Below are positions 31,008-40,604 of a stretch of DNA of 64,000 nucleotides, piece after piece; the first letter of the stretch is position 1, and each line of letters starts with the position of its first letter. Location: NCBI GenBank assembly GCA_965248535.1, contig CBDFJR010000005.1, forward strand, positions 1,472,001 through 1,536,000, written 5' to 3'. Position numbers and translations under genes: made by a program. This DNA is from Phormidesmis sp. Its GTDB lineage: Bacteria; Cyanobacteriota; Cyanobacteriia; Leptolyngbyales; Leptolyngbyaceae. The notes under the pieces were generated by a model. The model had not been told where the DNA came from and ran no database searches. It saw only the letters and a list, made by a program, of their open reading frames with translations.

Positions 31008-31137
31008 CTCGCTCACTGCTTCCAATCTGCCTATAAGGAGAGCCACTCGATTTTAGAGCGAATACGACCCTATAGCACGCTGTAAACTACAGAATGGACA
31101 TCAGTGTGCCCAGATCTACCCAAGGAAGAGAACAGCA

Positions 31138-31404
31138 ATGCCCTGGTTTGTGAAGATCGAAGAAGGAATTGTCGATAAGTCTATCTTCGATCGCCATGTT
31201 GCCGCCCATAAAGCGTTTGTTAAAGAATTAATCGACAAAGGTCATGAAGCCAAAACTGGCTACTGGGCGCACTATGGAGGCGGAATGCTTCTATTTAGAG
31301 CCGCCTCAATGGATCACGCAAAAGCGATCGTGGCTCAAGACCCCCTCGTTAAAAACGGCTGCGTTCACTACCAACTTTATGAATGGCGAGTCGTGGTGGA
31401 ATGA
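31138..31404 (+). CDS. YciI family protein
   Basis: H(KAF), GGGMLLF and DPLV motifs; 88 aa. Confidence 0.85.
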   Translation: MPWFVKIEEGIVDKSIFDRHVAAHKAFVKELIDKGHEAKTGYWAHYGGGMLLFRAASMDHAKAIVAQDPLVKNGCVHYQLYEWRVVVE

Positions 31405-31418
31405 TGTTATTCTGATAA

Positions 31419-31516
31419 GTGACTCGGATCTATGCGATCGCGACACCCAAATCTTGTCAGGGCCGGAAGGCAGCAGCAATACGGGATGCTCACGGTAGGC
31501 GTAGTCTCCGGGTCAC
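31419..31516 (+). ncRNA. ffs: Signal recognition particle RNA (small bacterial type)
   Basis: Domain IV core TCAGGGCCGGAAGGCAGCAGC inside a long hairpin with complementary ends, followed by a T run. Confidence 0.92.
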
Positions 31517-31603
31517 TTTTTTTGGGGCGGTAAACCCCCGTGGTCAGTCCTTCAGCTTTTTGCGTATCCTGGAAGAAATCGACGACATAGGAGCCTAAAA
31601 CAG

Positions 31604-31972
31604 ATGGGTTTGGGAGATCTGGTTCAAAAAGCGGTTTATCTAGGCATTGGTGTGGCCTCCTACGCAGGTGAAAAAGCTGGCGAGAAGCTGGGAGAACTGC
31701 GGGTGCAGGTGCAAAAATTGGCAGACGAAATGGTCGATCGGGGCGAGATGACGGCCGAAGAAGGTCGCCGCTTTGTGGATGAAATGGTCAGTCGCGCTCA
31801 ACAACCCTCCACCGTTGCGCCCACTGCCAAGAAACCCACAGAACCTCGCAAAATCGAGATTCTCGACGACGAGGAGCCGACTACGCCATCTGCGCCCCCC
31901 AACAGCGTTGATGAAATGCGGCGGCAAGTGATGGATCTGCAAGAAGAACTGCGCCGCCTAAAGCGTGACTAA
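31604..31972 (+). CDS. Phasin-like coiled-coil protein
   Basis: LVQKAVYLGIG...EMVDRGEMTAEEGRRFVDEM motif. Confidence 0.7.
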   Translation: MGLGDLVQKAVYLGIGVASYAGEKAGEKLGELRVQVQKLADEMVDRGEMTAEEGRRFVDEMVSRAQQPSTVAPTAKKPTEPRKIEILDDEEPTTPSAPPNSVDEMRRQVMDLQEELRRLKRD

Positions 31973-31985
31973 ATTTTAGAAACCC

Positions 31986-32037
31986 GGTAGGGGCATGGCG
32001 GTTCTCGATAGGGGCATAGCGGTGCCATGCCCCTACC
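31986..32037. repeat. GTAG-type REP-like palindrome
   Basis: 14-bp inverted repeat ggtaggggcatggc / gccatgcccctacc with an internal partial duplicate. Confidence 0.7.
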
Positions 32038-33197
32038 TAATCTCGGCTTTTGACGGTTGAGAAATTCTCAAACCACCCTTTGCGCTTGAAGAAGACGACC
32101 AAGACCGCGGCGATCGTAATCATCATCGCCCAGCACAGGGGGTAGCCCCAATACCAATTGAGTTCTGGCAGGTTAAGCGGAGACTTCTCGGTGTTGAAGT
32201 TCATGCCATAAACTCCGGCAATAAACGTTAAGGGAATGAAGATCGTGGAGACGATCGTCAAAAATTTCATCACCTCGTTCATGCGGTTGCTGACTGACGA
32301 CAGGTAGACATCCATCAGGCTAGATGACAGTTCTCGATAGGTTTCTACCATGTCTAGCACCTGCACAGCATGGTCATAGCAATCGCGTAGATAGACTCGC
32401 ACTTCATCACTAATCAAGTCACTGCCGTCTCGAATTAAAGCATTAATGGCATCGCGCTGTGGCCAAATCGATCGCCGCAGCGTCAGCAATTCGCGCTTGA
32501 TTTTGTGAATCTTTTCTAAGGTTTGACGGGTTGGGTTGGCAACCACTTCATCTTCTAATTCTTCAATTTCTTCGCCATAGTTTTCAAGGATTGGGAAAAA
32601 CCCATCCACGATCGAGTCCAGCAGCGTATAGGCCAGATAGTCAGCGTTGTGTTTGCGAATCGTGCCTTTGTTGAGGCGAATTCGCTCTCTCACGGCGGCA
32701 AAACAGTCGTTTTCTGGCTCCTCTTGCACCGTCAGCAAATAGTGTTTGCCCAAAATAAAGCTGACCTGCTCAGTGAGAAAACTTCTGCCCGATCGCCGCA
32801 GCATCACCATGCGAGCAATGATCAGGAGTTGGTCTTCATACTCCTCTACTTTGGGGCGCTGGGGCACGTTCACAATGTCTTCTAACACGAGGGGATGCAG
32901 ATTAAAGACTGCCCCTAACCGCTTTAAGATATCTTCACTGCCCAAACCCTTGACATCGACCCAAGACACCGATTCAGTGTCGAGGTGAGTTGCACACTCT
33001 TCGGGCGTTTCGACTTGCAGACGAATGGCGCTTTGCTCGCTGTAGTCGATCAACACAATCACCGGAGGTGGGGCATCTGGCTCAATGTTGAGAGTTCCGG
33101 GCATTGAGCCGGGGACATCATAGAAATAATCGATCGTCGATTCATCTTCGTCGGGTGGCACTCCAAATCTTGAAGCCTGAAGCCGTTTTCCTACCAT
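32037..33197 (-). CDS. corA: Magnesium/cobalt transporter CorA
   Basis: YGMNF signature, LPEL.W.WGY, two C-terminal TM helices. Confidence 0.95.
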   Translation of the reverse strand: MVGKRLQASRFGVPPDEDESTIDYFYDVPGSMPGTLNIEPDAPPPVIVLIDYSEQSAIRLQVETPEECATHLDTESVSWVDVKGLGSEDILKRLGAVFNLHPLVLEDIVNVPQRPKVEEYEDQLLIIARMVMLRRSGRSFLTEQVSFILGKHYLLTVQEEPENDCFAAVRERIRLNKGTIRKHNADYLAYTLLDSIVDGFFPILENYGEEIEELEDEVVANPTRQTLEKIHKIKRELLTLRRSIWPQRDAINALIRDGSDLISDEVRVYLRDCYDHAVQVLDMVETYRELSSSLMDVYLSSVSNRMNEVMKFLTIVSTIFIPLTFIAGVYGMNFNTEKSPLNLPELNWYWGYPLCWAMMITIAAVLVVFFKRKGWFENFSTVKSRD

Positions 33198-33229
33198 GCC
33201 TAATTACCTCGCAGTCTGATGTCAATAAT

Positions 33230-34658
33230 TTGACACTCCCACGGCTAAAGCCAGTGGGATTCTTCTCTCTACGATATGACTTGCTCAGGCAGGATTGCTC
33301 CAACCTGAGTAGAGGACTCATCTCCAGAAGCGTTGCTTGCATCGAGTGCAAGGGTTCCGGTATGCCCTACCGTACCCAATCCCCGACTGAGGATGTTTCT
33401 CGCTGCATTGTGGTCACGGTCTAGAACGCAGCCGCACAAACAAACGTGAGTGCGGGTACTCAGACTTTTCTTGACCACATCCCCGCAGCGAGAGCATTCT
33501 TGGCTGGTGTATTGAGGATTCACCGCAATGGTGATTCGCCCGAACACCTTCCCAAAGTATTCAATCCAGACTCGGAATTGAAACCAAGATGCGTCGTTAA
33601 TCGACTTAGCCAGACAATGATTCTTCACCATATTTTTAATTCTCAAATCTTCGTAGGCGACTACATCGTTAGATGTGATGACGCACCGTGCGAGTTTCAC
33701 CGCATGGTCTTTACGCTGCCGACTTATTTTGAGATGGCGTTTACCCAGAACCTGTCTTGCGTTTCGTCGGTTGATTGACCCTTTCACCTTGCGAGAAACA
33801 CGTTTCTGCGATCGCTTGAGAGCCACTTCCCCTTTATGGAGAAAACGCGGATTCTCAATCATCACCCCATCAGAATCAGTGTAGAACTCTTTCAAGCCCA
33901 CATCCAACCCAACCGTGGTTCCCGATGGCTCTAACACCTCTGAGCGATTCACATTGACACAGAACTGAACATACACACCATCGGCACGTTTCACCAATCT
34001 GACCCGTTTGATTTGGTCGATGGAGTAGAAGTGCAGATCGCGGGTTCCTTTCAGTTTCAAGCGTCCAATGTTCTTTTTGTCAGTGAATGTGATAGTTTTG
34101 CGGTCATCTGCCAGTTTCCAACCAGAGGTTTTGTACTCCACAGAGCGACCATCTTTCTGGAATTGAGGGAATCCCTTTTTACCGAGAATTCCCTTCTTGC
34201 AGTTCTCGAAAAACCGAGTGATCGAACTCCAGGCTCGTTCGGCACTGGCTTGTCTTGCCATGCTGTTGAGTTCGTCGGCAAACGGGAAATTCTTCGCCAA
34301 CACCGCACAGTATTTCTGCAAATCGTTTTTACCGGTCTCTTTGACATCCATCCAGAGCCGAATACAGCTATTGCGGATGAATTGGGCAGTCCGAATGGCT
34401 TCGTCTACTGCGCTGAACTGGCTTGATTTTCCGTAGGCTTTGAACTCTAGAACCAGCATCGTTTCGTTGCTTGCACTGGGCGAAGCCTAATCCATTCCCG
34501 ATACGTTTATACTACTAAAGTGAGTATAAGAATAGTTGAAGTGCATCAATCTTTATCGATACTTTACACTCTGTGGCTGAAGCACCACGCGGGAACCCCT
34601 TCTACATCCCACGACTGAAGCCAGTGGGCTTTGGGGGTTCCCGAACCCTCCCGTTTTT
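33230..34658 (-). mobile_element. IS200/IS605-family element carrying tnpB only (IS1341-like)
   Basis: Left-end hairpin preceded by TTAC; right-end hairpin ending GTGTCAA; no tnpA. Confidence 0.88.
33269..34459 (-). CDS. tnpB: RNA-guided endonuclease TnpB
   Basis: RuvC motifs GLDVG, YEDL and DRDHNAARNI intact; zinc-finger cysteines CSRCG and CLCG. Confidence 0.95.
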   Translation of the reverse strand: MLVLEFKAYGKSSQFSAVDEAIRTAQFIRNSCIRLWMDVKETGKNDLQKYCAVLAKNFPFADELNSMARQASAERAWSSITRFFENCKKGILGKKGFPQFQKDGRSVEYKTSGWKLADDRKTITFTDKKNIGRLKLKGTRDLHFYSIDQIKRVRLVKRADGVYVQFCVNVNRSEVLEPSGTTVGLDVGLKEFYTDSDGVMIENPRFLHKGEVALKRSQKRVSRKVKGSINRRNARQVLGKRHLKISRQRKDHAVKLARCVITSNDVVAYEDLRIKNMVKNHCLAKSINDASWFQFRVWIEYFGKVFGRITIAVNPQYTSQECSRCGDVVKKSLSTRTHVCLCGCVLDRDHNAARNILSRGLGTVGHTGTLALDASNASGDESSTQVGAILPEQVIS

Positions 34659-34735
34659 GTAAAATGCAATCTCTGTCTTCGACTTATTCGACTTAACTGA
34701 TATCCTGCTAACGTAGCTTTTGAGGCATCACCCCG

Positions 34736-35536
34736 TTGACTGAGACCCCCTCTCATTCTTCATCGTTAGGACTTTGGAGCCATCGCCTTCTCTCTGCGGT
34801 GCTGCTCGGTGGACAGGTCTTGGTGCATTTGCTCAGTGGCAAGATCAATCGTCGCAACACGATCGATCAGATGGCGGCGGTTGGCCCTGAGTCGCTGTTG
34901 ATTGCCTTGACCACGGCTGGTTTTGTCGGTGCTGTCTTCACGATTCAGGTGGCACGAGAATTTATTAATCTGGGTGCAGGCACGGCAGTCGGAGGGGTGC
35001 TGGTGCTGTCTCTATCGAGAGAGTTAGCCCCGGTGTTAACTGCGGTGGTTTTGGCGGGTCGGGTTGGCTCGGCCTTTGCGGCAGAAATTGGCACGATGAA
35101 GGTGACCGAGCAGATTGACGCGCTCTATATGCTGAGGACTGACCCGATCGATTATCTCGTGATCCCGCGGGTGATTGCCTGCTGCTTGATGCTGCCGATT
35201 CTTACGATTCTCGCATTGGTCATTGGTGTGGCGGGTGGAATGGTGATCGCCGAGGTGCTCTATGGCATTTCTAACACGGTGTTTCTCACATCGGCCCGCA
35301 ATTTTTTGAGCGTTTGGGATCTGTGTAGTGCACCGATTAAAGGGTTTTTCTTTGGGGCATTGATTTCGATTATTGGCTGTAGCTGGGGGTTGACGACGAC
35401 TGGCGGTGCAAAAGGAGTCGGACAATCGACCACCACGGCGGTGGTTACCTCACTGCTGGCAATCTTTGTTTCTAATTTTTTCCTGTCGTGGCTGATGTTT
35501 CAAGGCACGGGCAGCGCCGTGAATCGAGGACTTTGA
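34736..35536 (+). CDS. mlaE: MlaE-family lipid ABC transporter permease
   Basis: RELAPVLTA, GSAFAAEIGTMKVTEQIDAL and GGAKGVG motifs. Confidence 0.9.
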   Translation: MTETPSHSSSLGLWSHRLLSAVLLGGQVLVHLLSGKINRRNTIDQMAAVGPESLLIALTTAGFVGAVFTIQVAREFINLGAGTAVGGVLVLSLSRELAPVLTAVVLAGRVGSAFAAEIGTMKVTEQIDALYMLRTDPIDYLVIPRVIACCLMLPILTILALVIGVAGGMVIAEVLYGISNTVFLTSARNFLSVWDLCSAPIKGFFFGALISIIGCSWGLTTTGGAKGVGQSTTTAVVTSLLAIFVSNFFLSWLMFQGTGSAVNRGL

Positions 35537-35597
35537 TTTAGAACATCTGTACTTCTGACTTTTTTGTTTGTATTCTGTTGCTAAGGGGTGAAGTCTG

Positions 35598-36013
35598 TTG
35601 ACATCCTCACCGTCCTAAAGGAGCGGTGATTCCCAAACCTCGCGATTTGAGTTTCTGCTTCATTGCAACTGCCTCTACCCTCAAGGAGTTTTGGTCTGAT
35701 GTTCGCTCCACAGACTAACCCCGCAAGCCCTGCGGTTTTTATCAAGTCACAAACAAAAGTTCATGCGTTTTGCGTCTTCCAGGGATGGATACCATTGCCC
35801 TTTCAGCTTTTCCCGGTCTACCGATGGGTCTTCGCCGTCAGCACACTTCCTTAAAATGCTGAACTTCGTCACGTTAGGCTGTTGTTCCGATGCGTCGCGG
35901 GTGGGTCAACGACCACAACCAATATACCGCAATCCCTTGGCAACTTCGCTTCGCTACATTGCCGCTCCTATCCCTCCCTGCCCTAGAACAGCAGGGTTTC
36001 TCGGAGAATCCCG
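35598..36013 (-). mobile_element. Second non-autonomous IS200/IS605-family element (~416 bp, different subfamily)
   Basis: Minus strand ends GGGAATCACCGCTCCTTTAGGACGGTGAGGATGTCAA (right-end hairpin plus TCAA); left-end hairpin CCCTGCTGTTCTAGGGCAGGG preceded by TCAT; no credible ORF. Confidence 0.75.
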
Positions 36014-36191
36014 ATGAGAAAAGAATTTTTGATCGCACGGGTTAGCTGAGTGAGAGCGGGTTATGGGGCGGCGATCGCCAGCCATACGCTTGACGTTTCC
36101 CTATAGGTAGTGTTTTATATGGAAACGATTTTTGAAGTACGCTATATCTATTATCGTTCTTGATCACCGTTCATTGCCTGGATTGCCCCCT

Positions 36192-36728
36192 ATGGTTTCC
36201 CAAATAGAAACTCCGGTTTTTGACTCCGATCGAGTCCTCAGTCTCAGCGTTGAGGGCTTGGTGCAAGTGTTTACGTCGTGTCACCGCAGCTTTTTCACCG
36301 GGGTGATGGCGCAAGCGCTGAGAATTGCAGGGCAGGGCACCTCGGTTTTAGTGGTGCAGTTTCTCAAAGGGGGCATTGGGCAGGGGCACGATCGCCCCGT
36401 GCAACTCAGTCAAACTCTAGATTGGATTCGGTGTGACATTCCGCGCTGCATTGACACGCCAGAGTTAGATGAAGCCGAAATTGTCTCACTGCTTGAGTTA
36501 TGGCAATACACGCAGGCGGTGGTGCATCAGGGCAACTATGACCTAGTGGTGCTAGACGAGTTGAGTCTAGCGATCAACTTTGGGTTGATTCCTCAATCTG
36601 AAGTGCTGGCGTTCTTAAAACAGCGTCCGCGTCAGGTCGATGTGATTTTGACGGGCCCTGATATGCCCCAAGCGATTTTAGATGTAGCCGACCAAATTAC
36701 TGAACTTCGTCGTAGTCACCAACCCTAA
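36192..36728 (+). CDS. CobO/BtuR-like P-loop protein (corrinoid adenosyltransferase family)
   Basis: GLVQVFT, VVQFLKGG, YDLVVLDEL, VILTG and ADQITE motifs. Confidence 0.8.
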   Translation: MVSQIETPVFDSDRVLSLSVEGLVQVFTSCHRSFFTGVMAQALRIAGQGTSVLVVQFLKGGIGQGHDRPVQLSQTLDWIRCDIPRCIDTPELDEAEIVSLLELWQYTQAVVHQGNYDLVVLDELSLAINFGLIPQSEVLAFLKQRPRQVDVILTGPDMPQAILDVADQITELRRSHQP

Positions 36729-36737
36729 GCAACCATC

Positions 36738-37319
36738 ATGATTAAAAACGATACCTGGATTTCGCAAATGGCGCAGCAGGGCATGATTAGCCCCTTTGAG
36801 CCGCAACTAGTGAGACGAGTCGAGGGTGCGCCCGTGATTTCTTATGGGTTGAGCAGTTTTGGCTATGACTTGCGGCTGTCACCCTGCGAGTTTCGGATTT
36901 TTCGTCACATTCCGGGCACGGTAGTTGACCCTAAACATTTCAACCCTGCCAATTTAGAACCTGCTGCCCTGCACGACGATGAGAATGGCAGCTATTTCAT
37001 TTTGCCTGCTCACACCTATGGGTTAGGGGTGGCGCTAGAGCGGTTAGAAGTGCCGGAGAACGTGACGGTGATCTGCATTGGCAAATCGACCTATGCGCGC
37101 ATTGGTTTAATTGCTAATTTAACGCCTGCTGAGGCAGGATGGCGGGGGCATTTAACCCTAGAGTTTTCCAATTCATCGAGTGCTGATTGTCGCATTTATG
37201 CCAACGAAGGGATTGTGCAGTTGCTCTTTTTAGAAGGAGCACCGTGCGAAGTTAGCTATGAAACTCGCCGAGGAAAGTATCAAGATCAATCTGAGCGAGT
37301 GACGCTAGCGCGAGTCTAA
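36738..37319 (+). CDS. dcd: dCTP deaminase
   Basis: SYGLSSFGYD, GKSTYAR, LTLEFSN and GKYQDQ motifs. Confidence 0.95.
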   Translation: MIKNDTWISQMAQQGMISPFEPQLVRRVEGAPVISYGLSSFGYDLRLSPCEFRIFRHIPGTVVDPKHFNPANLEPAALHDDENGSYFILPAHTYGLGVALERLEVPENVTVICIGKSTYARIGLIANLTPAEAGWRGHLTLEFSNSSSADCRIYANEGIVQLLFLEGAPCEVSYETRRGKYQDQSERVTLARV

Positions 37320-37336
37320 AAGCAGGGTGAACCTTG

Positions 37337-38743
37337 TTATTTGACATTGGCTCTGCGCCAGCGAAAAAAGCTTTCTAGAAAGTCTTGTAAGCCAGAGTTG
37401 TGGTTGAGTTTTTGAGACTCCCACTCGATCGCGACTCTGGTGAAAATTTCTGAACCTGTGGGGGATAGAAATCCAATCTCTTGAAAGACTTGAATGTTGA
37501 GTTTTTGATGAATTGCGAGAGCGATCGGGCTAATCAGTTCGCTTGCATCTGTTCCTACAATCTGCGCTCCTAAAATTCTGCCATTGCGACGGGTGATGAC
37601 TTTTATAAATCCCGTTGTTTTGGTTTGAATCTGCGCTTTTGCTAAGGTCTTAAAAAACTGCCGTACAATTACTACATCTTTGCCATAGGCTTGAGTTGCC
37701 TGAGACTCAGTTAACCCGACCCAAGCCAGTTGTGGAGTGGAAAAAATAGCGCGGGGAATCTGACGATCGCTGATCTTAAACCGGGGAAAAAATAGCGCAT
37801 TTTTCAAGGCAATGTTCACTTCTTGTTGAGCCATTGAGGAAACGGAATTGCCGCAAATATAGATGCGATCGTGGGTCGATCGCAGTTTGGTATTCACACG
37901 CACCGGAAACGAAATGCCCATCGCTTCTAGATTGAGAGACTCTAGATTTGGCTGAAAACCTGCGGCTAAGAAAACTTCATCCGTTTCGATCGCTTGATTG
38001 CCTGCCTGAACCCATTTTTTAGACTGAATTTTTTTAACTTGAGTCACTTGAGTGTGAGTTAAGACTCGAATGCCTTCTGACTCTAACTGAGCTTGAATGA
38101 GAAAGGCAGCCTCGCGATCGAGGGTTTCTATGGGTTCTAAAAATCCGCTACTCATAATCAAAATAACTTGAGAACCTAAGTTATTAAAGGTTTGGGCGAC
38201 TTCAATTCCTGTTGCATCGTCGCCAATGATCACGAGTTTTGACGGAATTTTTTCACCTAGTCTGTCAGAGGTTAAATAACCCGCTGTCTGCAAGCCTTCG
38301 ATTTTTGGAATGATTGGAACTTGCTCAGTTGCGATTAAAAAAGCCCGCGATCGTAGCACTCGCTGATCGACTAAAAAACCAAACTGCGGTTCGAGACAAA
38401 ATTCACCAGCGCTCGCAATAACCTCAATGCCGAGCGAGGCTAAAACCGCCGGAGATTCGAGTTGTTGAAGCGTTGTATTAATCGCGTCAGCCCACTTTTT
38501 TGCCTCTAATAGCTGAGGCAATCCAAACACAATGTCAGGATTATAGACCCCTAATTGATTGGCTCGATCGAGACTTTGAGCAACGGTTCCAATCTCTGCC
38601 AATGCGTGACGGACGATCGTAGAATCTGAGCGGCGGTTTTGCGCTACGATCGCGACTCTGGCCTTGAGTCTTGCAGCCGACAGAGCGGCATAGATTCCTG
38701 TGGTCGTATTGCCAATCACGACCACATCATAGTCAACAGCCAT
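37337..38743 (-). CDS. Pyridine nucleotide-disulfide oxidoreductase-like flavoprotein with degenerate motifs
   Basis: MerA/LpdA-like layout (YDVVVIG, PQLAWVGLTE, GRILGAQIVG) but no CxxxxC. Confidence 0.75.
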   Translation of the reverse strand: MAVDYDVVVIGNTTTGIYAALSAARLKARVAIVAQNRRSDSTIVRHALAEIGTVAQSLDRANQLGVYNPDIVFGLPQLLEAKKWADAINTTLQQLESPAVLASLGIEVIASAGEFCLEPQFGFLVDQRVLRSRAFLIATEQVPIIPKIEGLQTAGYLTSDRLGEKIPSKLVIIGDDATGIEVAQTFNNLGSQVILIMSSGFLEPIETLDREAAFLIQAQLESEGIRVLTHTQVTQVKKIQSKKWVQAGNQAIETDEVFLAAGFQPNLESLNLEAMGISFPVRVNTKLRSTHDRIYICGNSVSSMAQQEVNIALKNALFFPRFKISDRQIPRAIFSTPQLAWVGLTESQATQAYGKDVVIVRQFFKTLAKAQIQTKTTGFIKVITRRNGRILGAQIVGTDASELISPIALAIHQKLNIQVFQEIGFLSPTGSEIFTRVAIEWESQKLNHNSGLQDFLESFFRWRRANVK

Positions 38744-38748
38744 AGGGT

Positions 38749-39861
38749 TCACAAACTATCAGTTAGACCTGCGATTAATCGTTGATTGTCAGACTCAGAC
38801 CGCACTGCGACTCGGAAGTAGCGATCGTCTAATTCTGGAAAGCTTAAACAGTCTCGAATCAAAATCTGGTGTTGCTTTAAAAGTCGCTGCTGAATCTCAG
38901 GCACCGACTGCTGCGATCGCACTAAAAAAAAGTTAGCTGCACTGGGATAGGGAGATAGCCCCGGCAACGCTGCCAGACCTTCAAATAGTTTGGGTTTAGC
39001 AGTTTTTAACCAATCCCACGTCTGTTGCTGAAACTGCTGATATTCGGCATCTAATAACATTGCCTCAGCCGCAACCGATGCCAAAACGTTGACTGACCAA
39101 GGATCTCGACGAGCTTGCCAAATGTTTAAATAATCAGGATCAGCGATCGCATACCCCAATCGCAATCCAGGTAAGCTATAGAATTTTGTCAGCGATCGTA
39201 AGATCACTAAATTAGGATAATTCTGCACATCTTCGATCAGACTTTGCTGGCGATCGGGGGGCAAAAAATCCATAAAGGCCTCATCCACCACGACCAGCGC
39301 AAACCGATCTAACCACGACAAAATGGACTCTTTTGAAAACAGTTTCCCGGTCGGATTGTGAGGATTATTCAACAACAATCCAACAGATTTTGTTGAAGGC
39401 CCGATCACTGCCTGAGACAGCGAAGACCCCAAATCTAATAAATCAGGCTCAACTTGTGACTGGCTCTCAACGCTTTCAAAATCAAACGGGCACCGATGCA
39501 CCTTGGCATCAAACGCCCTCAATGCCCGAAAATAATCACTAAACCCTGGCGTGAGCACCTGAGTCTCATCTAACTTTGCGAGATCCCAGCAGGCCCAAGT
39601 GAGCAACTCAGCAGCACCATTGCCGGGCAAAACCCATTCACTCGGCAACTGATGAGTCTCAGCGATCGCCCGCCGCAACCGCCGAGACTCTGGGTCAGGA
39701 TATTCTCGCACCAGATCTAAATTGGCTTGAATCGCCGCGATCGCCGATCGGGGAGGCCCCAACGGGCTAATGCTGGCAGAAAAATCAAGAATGGCAGAGG
39801 GAGAACAGCCAGCCAGTTCTGCTGCCCAAGCTAAATTCCCCCCGTGCACTGGTCGATTCAA
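38749..39861 (-). CDS. cobD: Threonine-phosphate decarboxylase
   Basis: HGGN, DFSASISPLG, NPHNPTG, DEAFMDF and SLTKFYSLPGLRLGY motifs. Confidence 0.92.
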   Translation of the reverse strand: MNRPVHGGNLAWAAELAGCSPSAILDFSASISPLGPPRSAIAAIQANLDLVREYPDPESRRLRRAIAETHQLPSEWVLPGNGAAELLTWACWDLAKLDETQVLTPGFSDYFRALRAFDAKVHRCPFDFESVESQSQVEPDLLDLGSSLSQAVIGPSTKSVGLLLNNPHNPTGKLFSKESILSWLDRFALVVVDEAFMDFLPPDRQQSLIEDVQNYPNLVILRSLTKFYSLPGLRLGYAIADPDYLNIWQARRDPWSVNVLASVAAEAMLLDAEYQQFQQQTWDWLKTAKPKLFEGLAALPGLSPYPSAANFFLVRSQQSVPEIQQRLLKQHQILIRDCLSFPELDDRYFRVAVRSESDNQRLIAGLTDSL

Positions 39862-39890
39862 GACGTTTGCCTGCTGAATAATTGAGCGTG

Positions 39891-40175
39891 TTATTTGTCG
39901 GAAGGAGCCACCTTCTCTTTGAATAGCTTTCCAGCCGAAAACGCCGGAACCTTGGTAGCGGGAATCTCCATCTTATCGCCCGTTTTGGGGTTGCGCCCCT
40001 CACGAGCCTTGCGCTCACGCGACTCAAACGAGCCAAACCCCACCAGCGTTACCTTGTCACCTGAAGATACCGCCTCAACGATCGTTTCGATCGTCGCCGT
40101 CAAAACGGCATCGGCTTGTTTTTTGGTGACGCTGGCTTTCTCGGCAACTGCGTCTACAAGTTCGCCTTTGTTCAT
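39891..40175 (-). CDS. hup: HU family DNA-binding protein
   Basis: MNKGELVD, GFGSF and GRNPKTG motifs. Confidence 0.96.
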   Translation of the reverse strand: MNKGELVDAVAEKASVTKKQADAVLTATIETIVEAVSSGDKVTLVGFGSFESRERKAREGRNPKTGDKMEIPATKVPAFSAGKLFKEKVAPSDK

Positions 40176-40604
40176 ATAAATCTCCTCAGAGGTTGTGTTA
40201 TGCGGTGAGTAGTGTCACGGGTCTCACAGTGAGACTGAAATGAAGATTCGAGGGGGTTGATTCAAAATGGCTGAAACTCCCATTTTCTCGAATTTTCAAT
40301 GCCCCATTCTATAGGCTGTTTTATCAATGTGGAGCGTCAAAAGCTTTAAGTTATATGGACTTCAGCATTTCTTGGCTTATTTTGAGCAATTCTATAAGCA
40401 TTTATGCTCAACTAAGCAATCTGTTCGCTAAGAAACGTTACGTTATTCCCGCTCACGCTGGTTTTGGGTGCGATCAGAGGAGGATCACCCCAGAGACCAA
40501 CCAGCCGCGATCGCGTCTCATTTGAGAAAGCAGCCAACCAAACGCTTAGGATCGTAGATTAAATAACCTGTAAAGTTCTCTGATTTGTCATCGCCAAGAC
40601 TCCC

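Noticed and set aside
35777..35787. 11-nt identity (ATCCCTGGAAG, minus strand) between the ORF-less element and the CRISPR repeat
   Set aside because: Too short, and type I-D uses no tracrRNA; likely coincidence.
39891..40604. HU gene next to the array as a dedicated adaptation factor
   Set aside because: Ordinary housekeeping HU at the trailer end; adjacency alone is not evidence.
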